This document shows, piece after piece, positions 1 through 11,581 of a stretch of 64,000 nt of DNA. This stretch comes from an uncultured cyanobacterium. GTDB lineage: Bacteria > Cyanobacteriota > Cyanobacteriia > Cyanobacteriales > Nostocaceae. The stretch lies in assembly GCA_963740315.1 (NCBI GenBank), contig CAVUDP010000002.1, positions 2,848,001-2,912,000 on the forward strand, in the 5' to 3' direction. A program made the translations under genes and the position numbers. The notes under the pieces were generated by a model, which made no database searches, was not told where the DNA came from, and saw only the letters and a list, made by a program, of their open reading frames with translations. How positions within the stretch are numbered: position 1 is the first letter of the stretch; each line of letters begins with the position of its first letter.

Positions 1-1341
1 TTTTTGCAATTTCTGTAAATCAAAATCACTATTAAGAGCTAGCAAGTACATAATCTGCTTTTCTAAAACAGATAAACGGTTAAATTGTTCATCTAAACAA
101 GAGCGAATATCTCCAAAGACTACCGTTTCCTGTTGAAGAAACTCGTCTATCTTCCCAGCAAACAACTCGTGAATTGTGGTAGCAACTAATTTTATAAATA
201 AAGGATTTCCTGCATATCGCTGCATTATTTGTTTCGATTCTTCTTCTTTGACGGCAGCGAATCCTTTTGATTTAAGTATTTCTTGACTCTGTAGCTCATT
301 TAACCCCGTTAATTTCAAGGAGCGAGTGGGTAGAGTTTCTCCTTCGAGAGCAGCAATTTCTTGTGGTTTCTCTCGACTAGTTAACAGTAAACAACTTTGA
401 TGATGAGACTCTCCCAATCGTTGAATAAATTCCCCAAAGCCTTCATAACCGGGTAAATATTGAATTTGCGGTAAATCTATATTTGAATTACCAATTATAT
501 TGCCGTTACTCGCTAGTACCCCTGAATAATTGTCCGTATTGTAACTTGAATCACTGTATAAAACTGAATCAAGATGGTCAAAGATAATTAAACAACGAGT
601 CGATCGCAAACAATTTACTAGTTCAGAAATGCTGCTAGAAACGCTTTTCGTATTAGTAACGGTTTGTGGGGATAAAATTTCTAAAATTTGATTAAAAATT
701 ACCTTGGGAGATGGAGCAAAGCGTAAGGAACGCCAGATAATATAATCAAAGTCATCTTTAACAAGTTCTGCTAACTTTACCGAAAAAGCAGTTTTACCAA
801 TTCCACCCATGCCTAAAAGCACTACCAAACGTACTTGCTCTTGCAAAAGCCATTTTTTAACTTGAGTTAATTCGCTCAATCTTCCATAAAATATGCTTGC
901 ATCTATAGCTTCTCCCCAATCTTGCATGGGAGTAGATTTCATGTTCGGTAGTTCGGTTGTTTTTTTTCTAGTAGAGGTTGCGGATTGAATTTGTAGCCAA
1001 GCTTTTTTATACCCAGCTTTTTCTAGCAATTGAGTTACGCGACTCCAATTTTTTACCTTAACAGAGTCGGAAACTAGTTTGCTTAACATTTCTTCTATAT
1101 ACTTATATAGTCCATTAGAAAGATAAACTCTAACAGTGCTGCTACTACGGGTTTTATAAACTTTACTTGCTATTTCCGCCGGACTAAAACCGCATAGCAA
1201 ACCCCGGAGAAACTTTTTTTCTACAGGTGTTAAAGCTTTTCCTTTTGCAGATGCTAAATCAATGTATAACTTTTCTAAGTCCCAATTGTTTTTCGCTTCA
1301 ATAAATTCCTCTTCTAACTTCCGATGACTACTTGTATTCAT
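1..1341 (-). CDS. NB-ARC/NACHT-like (STAND) ATPase with N-terminal helical/HTH domain; partial, runs off the window start
   Basis: Not in the ORF track. Manual translation from ATG at 1341 gives MNTSSHRKLEEEF...QDWGEAIDASIFYGRLSEL...VVLLGMGGIGKT (Walker A)...WRSLRFAP...CLIIFDHLD (Walker B)...LLLTSRE...YAGNPLFIKL, with no stop seen up to the edge. Confidence 0.85.
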   Translation of the reverse strand, partial: MNTSSHRKLEEEFIEAKNNWDLEKLYIDLASAKGKALTPVEKKFLRGLLCGFSPAEIASKVYKTRSSSTVRVYLSNGLYKYIEEMLSKLVSDSVKVKNWSRVTQLLEKAGYKKAWLQIQSATSTRKKTTELPNMKSTPMQDWGEAIDASIFYGRLSELTQVKKWLLQEQVRLVVLLGMGGIGKTAFSVKLAELVKDDFDYIIWRSLRFAPSPKVIFNQILEILSPQTVTNTKSVSSSISELVNCLRSTRCLIIFDHLDSVLYSDSSYNTDNYSGVLASNGNIIGNSNIDLPQIQYLPGYEGFGEFIQRLGESHHQSCLLLTSREKPQEIAALEGETLPTRSLKLTGLNELQSQEILKSKGFAAVKEEESKQIMQRYAGNPLFIKLVATTIHELFAGKIDEFLQQETVVFGDIRSCLDEQFNRLSVLEKQIMYLLALNSDFDLQKLQK

Positions 1342-1842
1342 TGTTTTTACTGATTTATTTAAACTGGAATACGGCTTATTTTAACTCCAGTTCTAGGTAT
1401 TTTTCTTTAAAGCCAGAATAAATAAAAATGAATTTATAACGAATTTAATAACAGTCGTTAGGTGACTTTTTGGTATTAACTTCGGTATGTTTGAACTTAA
1501 CGGAAACTTAATAAAAGTTTTTTGAAACTTTATGCAATTAATATAAGTCAATAAAACAAGGTTTAGGAAGGCAGGTTCAAGAGCAGTAGTTTTTACTCAG
1601 AGGTAATACTTGCGCTTTTGTCAAGCATTCTGGCTTACTTTTTAGATAACCTTGCTAGATGCCTCGAAAAGTTAAGTTAATTTCACAGCTAGTAAATTTT
1701 AACGGTGTTTAAAATGAGTTCGATTTTCTATTATCTCAAGAAAACGGTTTTATTTATTCCCATATCCGTAAAATTTTTAACCGCTGCATATTTTATCTAA
1801 AAAGGCTCAAATAAATAAATATAGTAGGGCGGAGGCTTTAAC

Positions 1843-2037
1843 ATGACTAGAATTCGTGATGTAGTTCAACAAGCTATAGCAACTGGTTATTTGAGTGTAG
1901 AAGCAGAAAATCAACTGCGCCGATTGTTGACAACTCAGTATGAATGGGAAGATTTTAACGCTTTCGTGGTTCTTCAAGAAGCAGCCATGAATGGTAGAGT
2001 TAAACAAGAATCCCGCGAACGCTGTGAGATTAAGTAG
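1843..2037 (+). CDS. Small conserved cyanobacterial hypothetical protein (64 aa)
   Basis: GGAGG ribosome-binding site upstream of the ATG. The sequence IRDVVQQAIATGYLSVEAENQL...LQEAAMNGRVKQESRE resembles a small-protein family I recall from filamentous cyanobacteria. Confidence 0.75.
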   Translation: MTRIRDVVQQAIATGYLSVEAENQLRRLLTTQYEWEDFNAFVVLQEAAMNGRVKQESRERCEIK

Positions 2038-2070
2038 AATAATACTCGCAAATTTTGACAGACTTATTTA

Positions 2071-2811
2071 TTATCGCGATGAAGGTTTATCATCACCATC
2101 AAAATCCTCGTCGAAAAAGCCCCAATCATCATCATCATTTTCTTTAATCTCTGAGTTATCCGAGGTATTTGAAGTTGTTGATGGATTGCTTGGCGGTACA
2201 ATCACGCGATAATCGGCATCATATACTGATTCTGTTTTTCCTACACCAGAATTTTTTAGTTCGGTTTTATCGTAGGAATAAGAAGAATCAGCGGATTTAT
2301 AATCATTTTCTGGTTCCCGAAAATCTTCGTAGTCTCTGTCATCTTGAATTTTTGTATATTGACGAGAATCAGCCGCAGTATATTCTCTTTCTTCCAACCT
2401 TCGATCGAATTCCCAATCATCACTAGCGTTTTTATCTAAATCCCAATCATCATCTTCAGTATTTTCATATTCCAAAGGTATCTGTACCTTATTTACTGGT
2501 GGTGGTGTTGTTTTTCTTTCTGTAAATACGTTTTCTCTTGGAGTTCTTTTGTCAACGCGAGGGGAATCAGAAGGCGAATATGATGTACGCTCCGGCTTAA
2601 CATAACGGCTTGATAGTTGAAGCAAGCCGCTAATTAATAAAGAAGTGAAAACACCAGCAGCAGTAGCAAACAGCATCCATATTGCTAAAGCAACTGGTTG
2701 ACTCCGTAAGCCCAAGAAGACTAACGGTATAGCAGGAAACCAATTTTGCGCTAATAATAGCGTAAGTCCTCCTAATACTGCTACTAAGAGAATCAAGCGA
2801 ATTACAGTCAT
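2071..2811 (-). CDS. LapA/DUF1049-like membrane protein with an acidic disordered tail
   Basis: Two N-terminal hydrophobic helices around QN...LVFLG, followed by a tail rich in DDDW repeats. Confidence 0.7.
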   Translation of the reverse strand: MTVIRLILLVAVLGGLTLLLAQNWFPAIPLVFLGLRSQPVALAIWMLFATAAGVFTSLLISGLLQLSSRYVKPERTSYSPSDSPRVDKRTPRENVFTERKTTPPPVNKVQIPLEYENTEDDDWDLDKNASDDWEFDRRLEEREYTAADSRQYTKIQDDRDYEDFREPENDYKSADSSYSYDKTELKNSGVGKTESVYDADYRVIVPPSNPSTTSNTSDNSEIKENDDDDWGFFDEDFDGDDKPSSR

Positions 2812-2948
2812 AGCAATTAAAAGAAGTATGAAAAATTAGTATTACTTTAAATTAAAACTTGAAAAATAAAAGCTTTGATTTATCGTTATTTCCCATAGAG
2901 GCAGAATCCCAATTAACTTTATACTTTCTATATAACCAATTTTATTAT

Positions 2949-3569
2949 CTATTCACGACCAGACCAGCGTTTAATAGGGACACAATCAATATCAAATTGA
3001 TCTAAACTACGAGCCACAACAAAATCAACCAAATCCTCCACCGTTTGGGGATTGTGATACCAAGCAGGAATTGCGGGAACTATTCTGGCTCCAGCTTCTG
3101 CTAAACTAACTAAATTACGCAGGTGAATCAAACTAAAAGGTGTTTCGCGGGGTACGACAATCAGCTTTCGCCCTTCTTTAAGTTGAACGTCGGCAGCCCT
3201 TTCTAATAAATCGGAACTCAAGCCGTTAGCTAACTTGGCTACAGTACTCATACTGCACGGCATAATAATCATTCCCAAAGTACGAAACGAACCGCTAGCA
3301 ATGTTTGCTCCGACATCACCCCAAGGATGACAGCGCAGTAACCCGGCTACTTCCACTCCGGCTTGCTGTCGCCAAAATTTCTCTTGCGCCTTTGGCTCTG
3401 ATGGCATGGGAGTACTTTGCTCCGATTGCCAAACCATAAAGCTGGATCTAGATGCTACTAATTCGATCGCATATTCTGCTTCTAATAAAAACTTGAGGGC
3501 GCGAACGGCGTAAATCAAACCTGATGCGCCTGAGACACCTAATATTAATGGCTTAGCGTTATTGGACAC
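2949..3569 (-). CDS. ubiX: Flavin prenyltransferase UbiX
   Basis: Motifs GVSGASG, IASGSF, PCSMST, RAADVQLKEGRKL and VPRETP. Confidence 0.95.
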   Translation of the reverse strand: MSNNAKPLILGVSGASGLIYAVRALKFLLEAEYAIELVASRSSFMVWQSEQSTPMPSEPKAQEKFWRQQAGVEVAGLLRCHPWGDVGANIASGSFRTLGMIIMPCSMSTVAKLANGLSSDLLERAADVQLKEGRKLIVVPRETPFSLIHLRNLVSLAEAGARIVPAIPAWYHNPQTVEDLVDFVVARSLDQFDIDCVPIKRWSGRE

Positions 3570-3676
3570 TTGTTTGTATAAGTTGTAAATAAGGGAGTAG
3601 GGAGTAAGGAGTAGGTAATTCCCAATTCCTAACTCCTATGCTCCTAACTCTTAAGAAGCGATTTAAAGACTACAAA

Positions 3677-6004
3677 TTATTCATCTTCATAGTCTTCTAA
3701 ATCTTCTGACTCGTAATGATGCGGTACATAGTAGCTAGTAGAATCCGAGTCGCGATCGTTGGATGAACCATCGCTACCTACAGTTACTAAATCAATTTGC
3801 TGGCGGTAATAATCTACACTCTTAACCTGTACTGATACGCGATCGCCCAGTCGATAAGATGCGCGATTTTTACGACCAAACAACGCTTGCTGTCGAGCGC
3901 GATACTCGTACCAATCATCTTTGAGAGAACTAACGTGTACCAGCCCTTCTACACGCAAAGGTATGTTGCTAATATCTTCGTCTGGGGTTGGTACCTCAAT
4001 TTCTACGAAAAATCCGTATGATTGAACACCAGTAATTACACCACTGAAGACTTCGCCAATCCGCTGCTTCATTAAAGCGGCTCTTTTAAGCCCTTCTAAA
4101 TCTGCTTCAGCTTCTTGAACTTCCTTTTCGCGATCGTTGATTTGGGTAATTACCCTTGTCAAATCGGTTTGTAGTTCTTGCTGTAACTCAGGAGGTAAGA
4201 CGTTCCAGTTAATTTCACCGTGAGAATTACTCGAACGTAAATTTACCCGTTCTTTCACCCTGGTATTGCGGCGATCGCGTCCGTTTTCGATTAAGGCATA
4301 ATATACCCTTTGCATCAGTAAATCGGGATAGCGTCGCAAGGGAGAGGTGCAATGAACGTAACCGTCTGGCAAAGCTAAACCGAAATGTCCTCCTTGATTA
4401 GTAGTGTAAGTAGGAGGTTTAAGAGTATCTTGCAACAAATAAGTCAGAACTTGTTCGGAAGCAGATTCTGCAAACACTTTAGTTAAATGTTGATAATCTA
4501 AAGGTTGAATCTCAATATCATCCGGTAGCGCTAGTTCAACACCTAAATTAATTGCTAATTTGAGCATTTCCTGAACGTCGTCTGGATCGGGTGCGCCTTG
4601 AACCCGCCATATGGCAGGAATAGCCAAAGCATTCAAATGAATTGCCATTAATTGATTTGTTAACAGTACTAATTCCGTTAACAAAGAACTAACTGGCGAA
4701 TCGGTTTGGGTAACGCACCCGCTTGCACCTTCATCGTAGAAGGGGTTTTGTAGAACCGGCAGATTCAACTGCAAACTACCTCTAGCTAAACGTTGCTCTT
4801 TGAGAACTATTGCTAAAGCTTGCAACTGTTGCAGCATTTCTACTACGTCAGGAGATTCTTTTGTTTCACCCGCAAGCACTCCCAAAGCTTGTTTTTGGTT
4901 TAAATCTGTATCAACATTAACTAGGCTGGGTTGAATTTGCCAGTCCAAAACAACCCCGGTTTCCCCATCTAAAGTAATCAGAAAAGAAATCGCCAAACGA
5001 TCGCTTCCGGTAACTAAGGAACTTCTCGCCGCTACAGCATCCGGTAGCATTGGCAATACGAGTTTTCCTAAATAAACGCTTCTTCCCCGCTTCAAAGCTT
5101 CGCGATCCAAAGCTTCATCTGGCAATACGTAATGGGAAACATCGGCGATATGGAAACCTAGCAACCAATTTCCTTCTTCAGTTTCCTCCAACGAGATTGC
5201 ATTTTCTCTAACTTTTGACGAATCCGGGTTAGCCCCGATGCAAATAGTAAACTTGGATGTTAAGTCAAGTCTATTTTTACGGTCAGCTTTGAGTATCCTT
5301 TTGGGCAATTTAGCGGCTGCATCTTCGACATTATCCGAGAAAACACGGGAAAGGTCGTGTTTGCAGGTAACTAAATCGATATCGGCAGCAGCTTCCGCAT
5401 CGCTACCGAGGATTTGTACTACTTTACCCAAAGGTGGATATTGAGCCAGCGGATATCGCAGTACCTGTACGTGAGCCAGATGATCGATTGCATCATCTAA
5501 AGTGACATCATTCTCTCGTAATTTGAGTTCAAAAAGCAGTCGATCGTCTAAAGGTACGGCGCGGAAACCTCCCTCAATCTGCTTAATTCGCGCTAACAAA
5601 GTATGATTAGAACGTTCTAAAACCAGCTTGACTTCACCTTCGGGAGAACGCCTGCGACTACCTTCTTTAAGAACTCTTACCAAAACGCGATCGCCATTCC
5701 AAGCATTGCTTAAATGGCTTTCCCGGATATAAATATCTTCAGCAGCTTCTATATCTTGAATCGCAAAGCAAAAGCCTTTAGAAGAACATCGGAGTTTAGC
5801 TTCGATTAAGGAATCTTCCGAGATACGACGGTACTTACCCCGTTCTTTTGCCAAAATTCCGATTTTTTCTAAAACATCTAAGGCAATTTCCAGTTTTTGT
5901 ATACTGTCATCATCTTCACAACCAAGTTTTTTTTCCAGAAGTTTACGAGCTACCAATTTATCATCAGTAAAATTGGCAAGGAGTGTAGCGATTGAAAATT
6001 CCAT
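3677..6004 (-). CDS. rnr: Ribonuclease R / RNB-family exoribonuclease
   Basis: Cold-shock domain region (KGFCF, AWNGDRV), RNB motifs (HIADVS, HCTSPLRRYPDL) and a C-terminal S1 domain. Start placed at MEFSIA (6004); the ORF track extends it to 6028. Confidence 0.9.
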   Translation of the reverse strand: MEFSIATLLANFTDDKLVARKLLEKKLGCEDDDSIQKLEIALDVLEKIGILAKERGKYRRISEDSLIEAKLRCSSKGFCFAIQDIEAAEDIYIRESHLSNAWNGDRVLVRVLKEGSRRRSPEGEVKLVLERSNHTLLARIKQIEGGFRAVPLDDRLLFELKLRENDVTLDDAIDHLAHVQVLRYPLAQYPPLGKVVQILGSDAEAAADIDLVTCKHDLSRVFSDNVEDAAAKLPKRILKADRKNRLDLTSKFTICIGANPDSSKVRENAISLEETEEGNWLLGFHIADVSHYVLPDEALDREALKRGRSVYLGKLVLPMLPDAVAARSSLVTGSDRLAISFLITLDGETGVVLDWQIQPSLVNVDTDLNQKQALGVLAGETKESPDVVEMLQQLQALAIVLKEQRLARGSLQLNLPVLQNPFYDEGASGCVTQTDSPVSSLLTELVLLTNQLMAIHLNALAIPAIWRVQGAPDPDDVQEMLKLAINLGVELALPDDIEIQPLDYQHLTKVFAESASEQVLTYLLQDTLKPPTYTTNQGGHFGLALPDGYVHCTSPLRRYPDLLMQRVYYALIENGRDRRNTRVKERVNLRSSNSHGEINWNVLPPELQQELQTDLTRVITQINDREKEVQEAEADLEGLKRAALMKQRIGEVFSGVITGVQSYGFFVEIEVPTPDEDISNIPLRVEGLVHVSSLKDDWYEYRARQQALFGRKNRASYRLGDRVSVQVKSVDYYRQQIDLVTVGSDGSSNDRDSDSTSYYVPHHYESEDLEDYEDE

Positions 6005-7299
6005 GCACTGAACCGACATAGAGGTCAAAACATCGTTTTTTTAATTGGTTCAACAAATTGCGTATATCCTTACCACATGCAAAGAAGTCCTGTCAGAAAC
6101 GAATTACCCGCCCCTGTGGTAGGAATTACACAATTATTGAGAGAGTTTGTTGGCAAAAAGATCCAACATTATTACCAATCCGAAGCACGCCTGAAATAAT
6201 TATTACTCCGCCCCTCATCAGTTACGAGCAGCGGAGTTATTAATCGGCTACCTTTGAAACAATCAACTTACTAATTTTCCGTTTATCGGTCTGCGGTAAA
6301 CTAGTTCACATTCAATTGTTCAAACGAACTGGTATAACGCCCCAAACTCTAACAATATACTCGGAAAAACTGCTGACGAACCGAATTGCCCCTTATGTAG
6401 AATCGGTAACAATTAGGTCAGCAGCAAAACCGCGCAGTCAGGTGGAACCATTACTTCATTATTGTAGATAAGGAGCGCATTTCCAGAAAATATTTCTGGA
6501 TAGCAATTTGGGTATTTAGTATAGCATCGATAGCAATACTACTAATAATTACTTATTATTCAGCCCAAAAATAACTTTACATATCTATCCTTTTTCTACA
6601 ATCGGAACACTTAAGCAACTTCGGTCTTAAGGCTTTTATTTTAACAGGGGCAGTAATACAATCCGATTTTTTCAGAAAAATTCTCTTTACTATTAGAAAG
6701 GAATACAAGCCACTATAGAAAGTCTTAAAGAACAAGCTACACTAACAGGAGTTGCGGATAGAACGCATTTCATTTATGGCAAGCCTTTGTTATAAATGCT
6801 TCCATACTTAGATGCCGAATCCAGATTTGATGCCGAATCCAGGTTAAATCCAGTAAAAAACAAATGCCTACAGATGCCATAGCGATCGCAGAACCACAGC
6901 CGTCTGCTAGTTTACTACACAGATCCAACTCCGGATATCGATAAACATTCAAAAAAAACGCCCCGACGATAGCCTTGGTATGTTACGGTAGGCAGGCGGT
7001 GCAGCCCCGAACTATTTTTCTGTAACGAAAAATAATATCAAACAGGCTTCATCGGCACCATCGGTAAACACCATAACACATTAAAAGCTTGTAACAAGGT
7101 TTTTGATACTTCATTGGCGATCGATAGAAAAGGAAAAATTGCCCTAAACCAAAATCTTTGATAGTTAATTTAAGTAACATTCAAGTAACAAACTTTAAAT
7201 AATAAATATTTTTGGTTTTCTGGTTGTGGTTTATATAAATTAAATTTGTAACAGCAACCATCTATCCACCATTAGCAGACTTAAATTGGTAAGAGTATT

Positions 7300-8232
7300 A
7301 TGTTGGCTCAATTCCAGAGGTTGTATCCTACAGGTAGCCTAATCTCAGAATTAGTACAAATCTATCACGGTAAATATATTGTCCGCTCCAGCGTACAAAT
7401 AGAAGGCGTAACCCGCGCTACCGGAATGTCAGCAGCTGAAACTATTGAAGAAGCAGAAGATAGATCCAGAACTCGGGCATTAATGGTTTTAGCAATGCAG
7501 GGCGAATCGAACGTAGAAGCAGCAACAATAGAGCAAAAACAAGTAGAGCAAATTGCAACTTCTTCACAACCGAATTTACAGGTATTGTCAAATCGTTCTT
7601 TAACAACCGCAGTTACTGGAAACGAGTATGGGAATACCACCGCTAATCCGACTGAAGTAACGCAAACTCCCGTATCAAACACCCCAGCAGCATCTTCTCA
7701 AGTAACGCAAACTCCCGTATCAAACACCCCAGCAGTATCTTCTCAAGTAACGCAAACGGAAGAATCGCCTACCCCAGAAGTTTTTTCTGAAGATGACAAC
7801 GATTTTTACAGTCAAGACTTCGATACACCATTACCGATTCCCACGTATGACGAGCCAGAGTTTGAGGCACCGATAGAAGATAATCAACCCGACGACGACG
7901 AAGAGAATCAAACCGAACCAAGTGCAAGTAACGTTACTCCAATTAACAAAAGTACAGCTCAAACCACTAAGAAAACAGCAAAAACAAGCACAACAAAAAG
8001 AAAGAAAAAGACCGAACCCGTGGATTTATCAGACGTGATTGCTAAAACCGACGTTGAACTTGAGCGCCTCGGTTGGACTCCACAGCAAGGAAGAGAATAT
8101 TTGATTAACACTTACGGTAAAAGAGGACGTACTTTACTTACCGAAGAAGAATTACTCGATTTTCTTAATTATCTAGAATCTATACCTACGCAAATGAACC
8201 TTTCCCAAACAGATCCACTAGCGGGATTTTAG
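7300..8232 (+). CDS. Conserved cyanobacterial hypothetical protein with globular ends and a low-complexity linker
   Basis: 310-aa ORF. Folded-looking N-terminus (FQRLYPTGSLISEL) and C-terminus (LGWTPQQGREYL...LTEEELLDFL) flank an S/T/P/E-rich centre. Confidence 0.8.
   Translation: MLAQFQRLYPTGSLISELVQIYHGKYIVRSSVQIEGVTRATGMSAAETIEEAEDRSRTRALMVLAMQGESNVEAATIEQKQVEQIATSSQPNLQVLSNRSLTTAVTGNEYGNTTANPTEVTQTPVSNTPAASSQVTQTPVSNTPAVSSQVTQTEESPTPEVFSEDDNDFYSQDFDTPLPIPTYDEPEFEAPIEDNQPDDDEENQTEPSASNVTPINKSTAQTTKKTAKTSTTKRKKKTEPVDLSDVIAKTDVELERLGWTPQQGREYLINTYGKRGRTLLTEEELLDFLNYLESIPTQMNLSQTDPLAGF
7655..7757 (+). repeat. 45-bp in-frame tandem repeat (about 2.3 copies) encoding VTQTPVSNTPAxSSQ
   Basis: AAGTAACGCAAAC recurs at 7655, 7700 and 7745. 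Confidence 0.85.
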
Positions 8233-8322
8233 ATCGGGAATTGGGCATACCCCATGCCCAATGCAAAAAAAATACCCCAAGAATAAATCTAGGGGTAAAA
8301 TAATTATTTTTACTTTCCTACT

Positions 8323-8844
8323 TTAATAAGCGTCCTGCAATTCATAAAAGTCAGGCGAAATGTAATCTTTACGCAAGGGATAGCCCACCCAATCTTCTGG
8401 CATTAAAATTCGCTTCAAATTGGGATGTCCTTCGTAGTTAATACCGAACATATCGTAGGACTCGCGCTCTTGCCAGTCTGCTGTTTTCCAAATCCAGTAC
8501 ACTGAGGGTACTGTAGGGTTTTCGCGAGGCAAGAATACTTTTACACGTACTTCTTCGGGTCTGTCGGCGTTATCACTGATTTTTCCCAAGTGGTACATAC
8601 TGACTAACTGCTCTCCCGGACCTAAATCTATGCCGCATTGACACTGAAGATAATTAAATCCGTAGGCATATAAAGCAGTACAAATAGGTAGAAGAAAATC
8701 CGACTCTACCTTAATTATTTCTACTCCGCTATGGTCTGCTGCTAAAGACTCGTGAGCAAAGTCGTTTTCACTTAACCATTTGGAAACATTACCCGCTTCT
8801 ACGGGGGATTCCTCTAGCTTTTCTGGTTTTGATTCTTCAGCCAC
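8323..8844 (-). CDS. ndhJ: NDH-1 subunit J
   Basis: [12 protein letters not shown] and [14 protein letters not shown] motifs; third gene of ndhCKJ. Confidence 0.97.
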   Translation of the reverse strand: MAEESKPEKLEESPVEAGNVSKWLSENDFAHESLAADHSGVEIIKVESDFLLPICTALYAYGFNYLQCQCGIDLGPGEQLVSMYHLGKISDNADRPEEVRVKVFLPRENPTVPSVYWIWKTADWQERESYDMFGINYEGHPNLKRILMPEDWVGYPLRKDYISPDFYELQDAY

Positions 8845-9556
8845 GTTCTACCTCCTCTTGCTTTTTAGCAGTCAGTAAAGCTGGCGGTATTGGCATACCA
8901 ATGCTTTCGGCTAATTCTTTCGGTGGATTGTCGCGGGTTTCCGAGCGTAAATATTGTCCTGTGAGGATTTCTTCCACAGGCTTCATGCTGTGAGTCGTGC
9001 TGTAATAGCGGTGAGTTTGCTTGATCAAATCTCGCTCTTGCATCGAATCATCAGCAATCTTTTTCCGCAACTTAATAATCGCGTCAATAATCGCTTCCGG
9101 ACGTGGAGGACAACCAGGTAAATAAACATCTACGGGAATCAGTTTATCAACTCCTCGAACTGCTGTAGGAGAATCGACGCTGAACATACCGCCGGTAATC
9201 GTGCAAGCACCCATAGCAATAACATACTTGGGGTCTGGCATTTGTTCGTAAAGACGCACCAACTGGGGTGCCATTTTCATCGTGATAGTACCGGCTGTGA
9301 TGATTAAATCGGCTTGACGAGGACTAGAACGAGGAATTAAACCAAAACGGTCAAAATCGAATCGAGAACCAATTAAAGCCGCAAATTCGATAAAGCAGCA
9401 AGCAGTACCGAACAACAAGGGCCACAAGCTAGAAAGCCGCGCCCAGTTGTAGAGGTCATCAACGGTAGTTAAAATGACATTTTCCGATAATTCTTGAGTA
9501 ACGCTAGGGCGCTGTACCGGATTAACTATACGTTCTTGTGTATTATCTAAGACCAT
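8837..9556 (-). CDS. ndhK: NDH-1 subunit K
   Basis: GTACCFIE and [11 protein letters not shown]e-S motifs. Confidence 0.97.
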   Translation of the reverse strand: MVLDNTQERIVNPVQRPSVTQELSENVILTTVDDLYNWARLSSLWPLLFGTACCFIEFAALIGSRFDFDRFGLIPRSSPRQADLIITAGTITMKMAPQLVRLYEQMPDPKYVIAMGACTITGGMFSVDSPTAVRGVDKLIPVDVYLPGCPPRPEAIIDAIIKLRKKIADDSMQERDLIKQTHRYYSTTHSMKPVEEILTGQYLRSETRDNPPKELAESIGMPIPPALLTAKKQEEVERG

Positions 9557-9909
9557 TCCAAAGCTCCTTTACGCCATGCGTACACTAGGGCAACTACGAG
9601 AATTCCTATAAAAACAAGCGCTTCAATAAACGCGAGCAAACCCAGACGATGGAAGGCAACAGCCCAAGGATATAAGAACACGGTCTCAACATCAAAGACC
9701 ACGAACACCAGCGCAAACATATAGTAGCGAATATTGAACTGAATCCAGGCTCCACCAATTGGTTCCATGCCGGATTCGTAAGTGGTGCGTCGTTCGGGAT
9801 TGCGACTGCTCGGTCGCAAAAGTTTGGAAGCAGATAAAGCTAGTGCAGGCACCAAGCTGCACACTATTAAGAAGCCTAGAAGGTATTCGTAACCGAAGAG
9901 GACAAACAC
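9547..9909 (-). CDS. ndhC: NDH-1 subunit C
   Basis: [20 protein letters not shown] and WRKGALEWS motifs. Confidence 0.97.
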   Translation of the reverse strand: MFVLFGYEYLLGFLIVCSLVPALALSASKLLRPSSRNPERRTTYESGMEPIGGAWIQFNIRYYMFALVFVVFDVETVFLYPWAVAFHRLGLLAFIEALVFIGILVVALVYAWRKGALEWS

Positions 9910-10107
9910 AATAAATACAAATCCGTTATTAACGTAGAAACTTCGTAATTTTCTTTTACATTCTTACATTATATCGATTTGACGGTTCTAGAACCTGTCA
10001 AACAAACCCGGAGATTTCGATTTGATTAGTTTTTGCTTTTCAAAGAAATATCTCATAATTATGTCATAATTTTTAACGTATATTTAAGCTTTGCCTGGTG
10101 TGGCATC

Positions 10108-10443
10108 ATGAGCGAACAACTTGTTGAAAACACCGAATTAGACTGTTACGAATGTCGTGCCTGCGGTTACGTCTACGAACCGGAAAAGGGAGATGACAGT
10201 CATAACATACCTTCGGGTACTGCTTTTGCGGATTTACCCTTAACTTGGCGCTGTCCCGTTTGTACGGCTACAAAGAAAGCTTTTGAAAACGTTGGTCCAG
10301 TCGGTACTGCTTCCGGCTTTTCGGAAAATCTCGGTTATGGATTAGGTGTTAATAAACTGACACCCGGTCAAAAAAATATCTTGATTTTTGGAGCCTTGGC
10401 TCTTGGTTTCTTGTTTTTTATAAGTCTATATGGCTTAAAATAA
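10108..10443 (+). CDS. rubA: Membrane-anchored rubredoxin RubA
   Basis: CRACGY and WRCPVC motifs plus a C-terminal transmembrane helix; lies upstream of ycf48. ATG at 10108 is preferred to the TTG at 10033. Confidence 0.92.
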   Translation: MSEQLVENTELDCYECRACGYVYEPEKGDDSHNIPSGTAFADLPLTWRCPVCTATKKAFENVGPVGTASGFSENLGYGLGVNKLTPGQKNILIFGALALGFLFFISLYGLK

Positions 10444-10567
10444 GGAGCCACCTTTGTAACGGTGGGCACATCACCCACCTAGAGCCACAATTCGCTTTCA
10501 ATACACAAATTAAGAAAACTAATCGAATTAATCAAAAGTTCACGCGACGAGAGAAATTTAACCAAAT

Positions 10568-11581
10568 ATGAAAATAGGAAGACAAATATTAGCCTTACTG
10601 GCGATCGCCCTGATTTGTTTCGGTTGCAGTAGCGTTCCTTCGATGAGTTACAACCCTTGGGAAGTGATTTCTTTACCGACTGATGCCAAGCTATTCGATA
10701 TAGCTTTTAGCGATGACGACCCCAAGCATGGTTTTATCGTTGGTAGTAAAGCTACCCTTTTAGAAACTAAAGATGGTGGTGAAACATGGAATCCTATAGC
10801 TTTGCAGCTAGGTGAGGGAAATTACCGTTTTAATGCAATTGATTTTGCCGGAAATGAAGGGTGGATAGCTGCGGAACCTTCGGTGTTATTACACACCAAA
10901 GATGAAGGTAAAACTTGGTCGAGCCTTCCCTTAAGCGAAAAGTTACCCGGTAATCCCGTAAGTATCGTAGCTTTGGATAAGGATAGCGCCGAAATGGCTA
11001 CTGACGTGGGAGCAATATATAAAACCACTGACGGGGGCAAAAATTGGAAAGCGCAAGTCGCAGAATCTGTAGGCGTTGTACGTAATATTGAACGTTCCGA
11101 AGATGGTAAATATATCGCGGTTTCTGGTAAAGGAAACTTTTATTCCACTTGGGAACCCGGACAAAATGCTTGGGTTCAGCACAACCGTAATAGTTCTCGC
11201 AAAGTCGAAAACATGGGTTTTGCCCAAGATGGACAGATGTGGATGCTAGCGCGAGGCGGACAGATACAATTTAGCGAACCTGACAAATTGGAAGAATGGC
11301 AAGATGCTCAGTATCCAGAAGTATCTACTAGTTGGGGATTGCTCGATTTAGCCTACCGTACCCCATCCGAACTTTGGGTTAGTGGCGGTAGCGCCAACTT
11401 ACTCCACAGCACCGACGGAGGAGAAACCTGGGAAAAAGATCGCGATGTAGAAGATACCGCAACAAATCTTTACAAAATCGTATTTTTATCTGCTGATAAA
11501 GGATTTATCATCGGAGATCGCGGTTTTTTACTGAAATATCAGGCTGATATTGCATCGTCTACAGACTCCTCTGAAGCTTAA
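10568..11581 (+). CDS. ycf48: Photosystem II assembly factor Ycf48 (lipoprotein)
   Basis: Lipobox-like ICFGC, BNR repeats (TxDGGxTW), RNSSRK motif and position before psbEFLJ. Confidence 0.95.
   Translation: MKIGRQILALLAIALICFGCSSVPSMSYNPWEVISLPTDAKLFDIAFSDDDPKHGFIVGSKATLLETKDGGETWNPIALQLGEGNYRFNAIDFAGNEGWIAAEPSVLLHTKDEGKTWSSLPLSEKLPGNPVSIVALDKDSAEMATDVGAIYKTTDGGKNWKAQVAESVGVVRNIERSEDGKYIAVSGKGNFYSTWEPGQNAWVQHNRNSSRKVENMGFAQDGQMWMLARGGQIQFSEPDKLEEWQDAQYPEVSTSWGLLDLAYRTPSELWVSGGSANLLHSTDGGETWEKDRDVEDTATNLYKIVFLSADKGFIIGDRGFLLKYQADIASSTDSSEA

Noticed and set aside
6058..6952. Short ORFs 6058-6243 and 6770-6952, a hairpin near 6371-6426 and an 18-bp-period direct repeat near 6811-6842
   Set aside because: No RBS or family motifs, and the structures match no RNA family I recognise. 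Conservation data would be needed.
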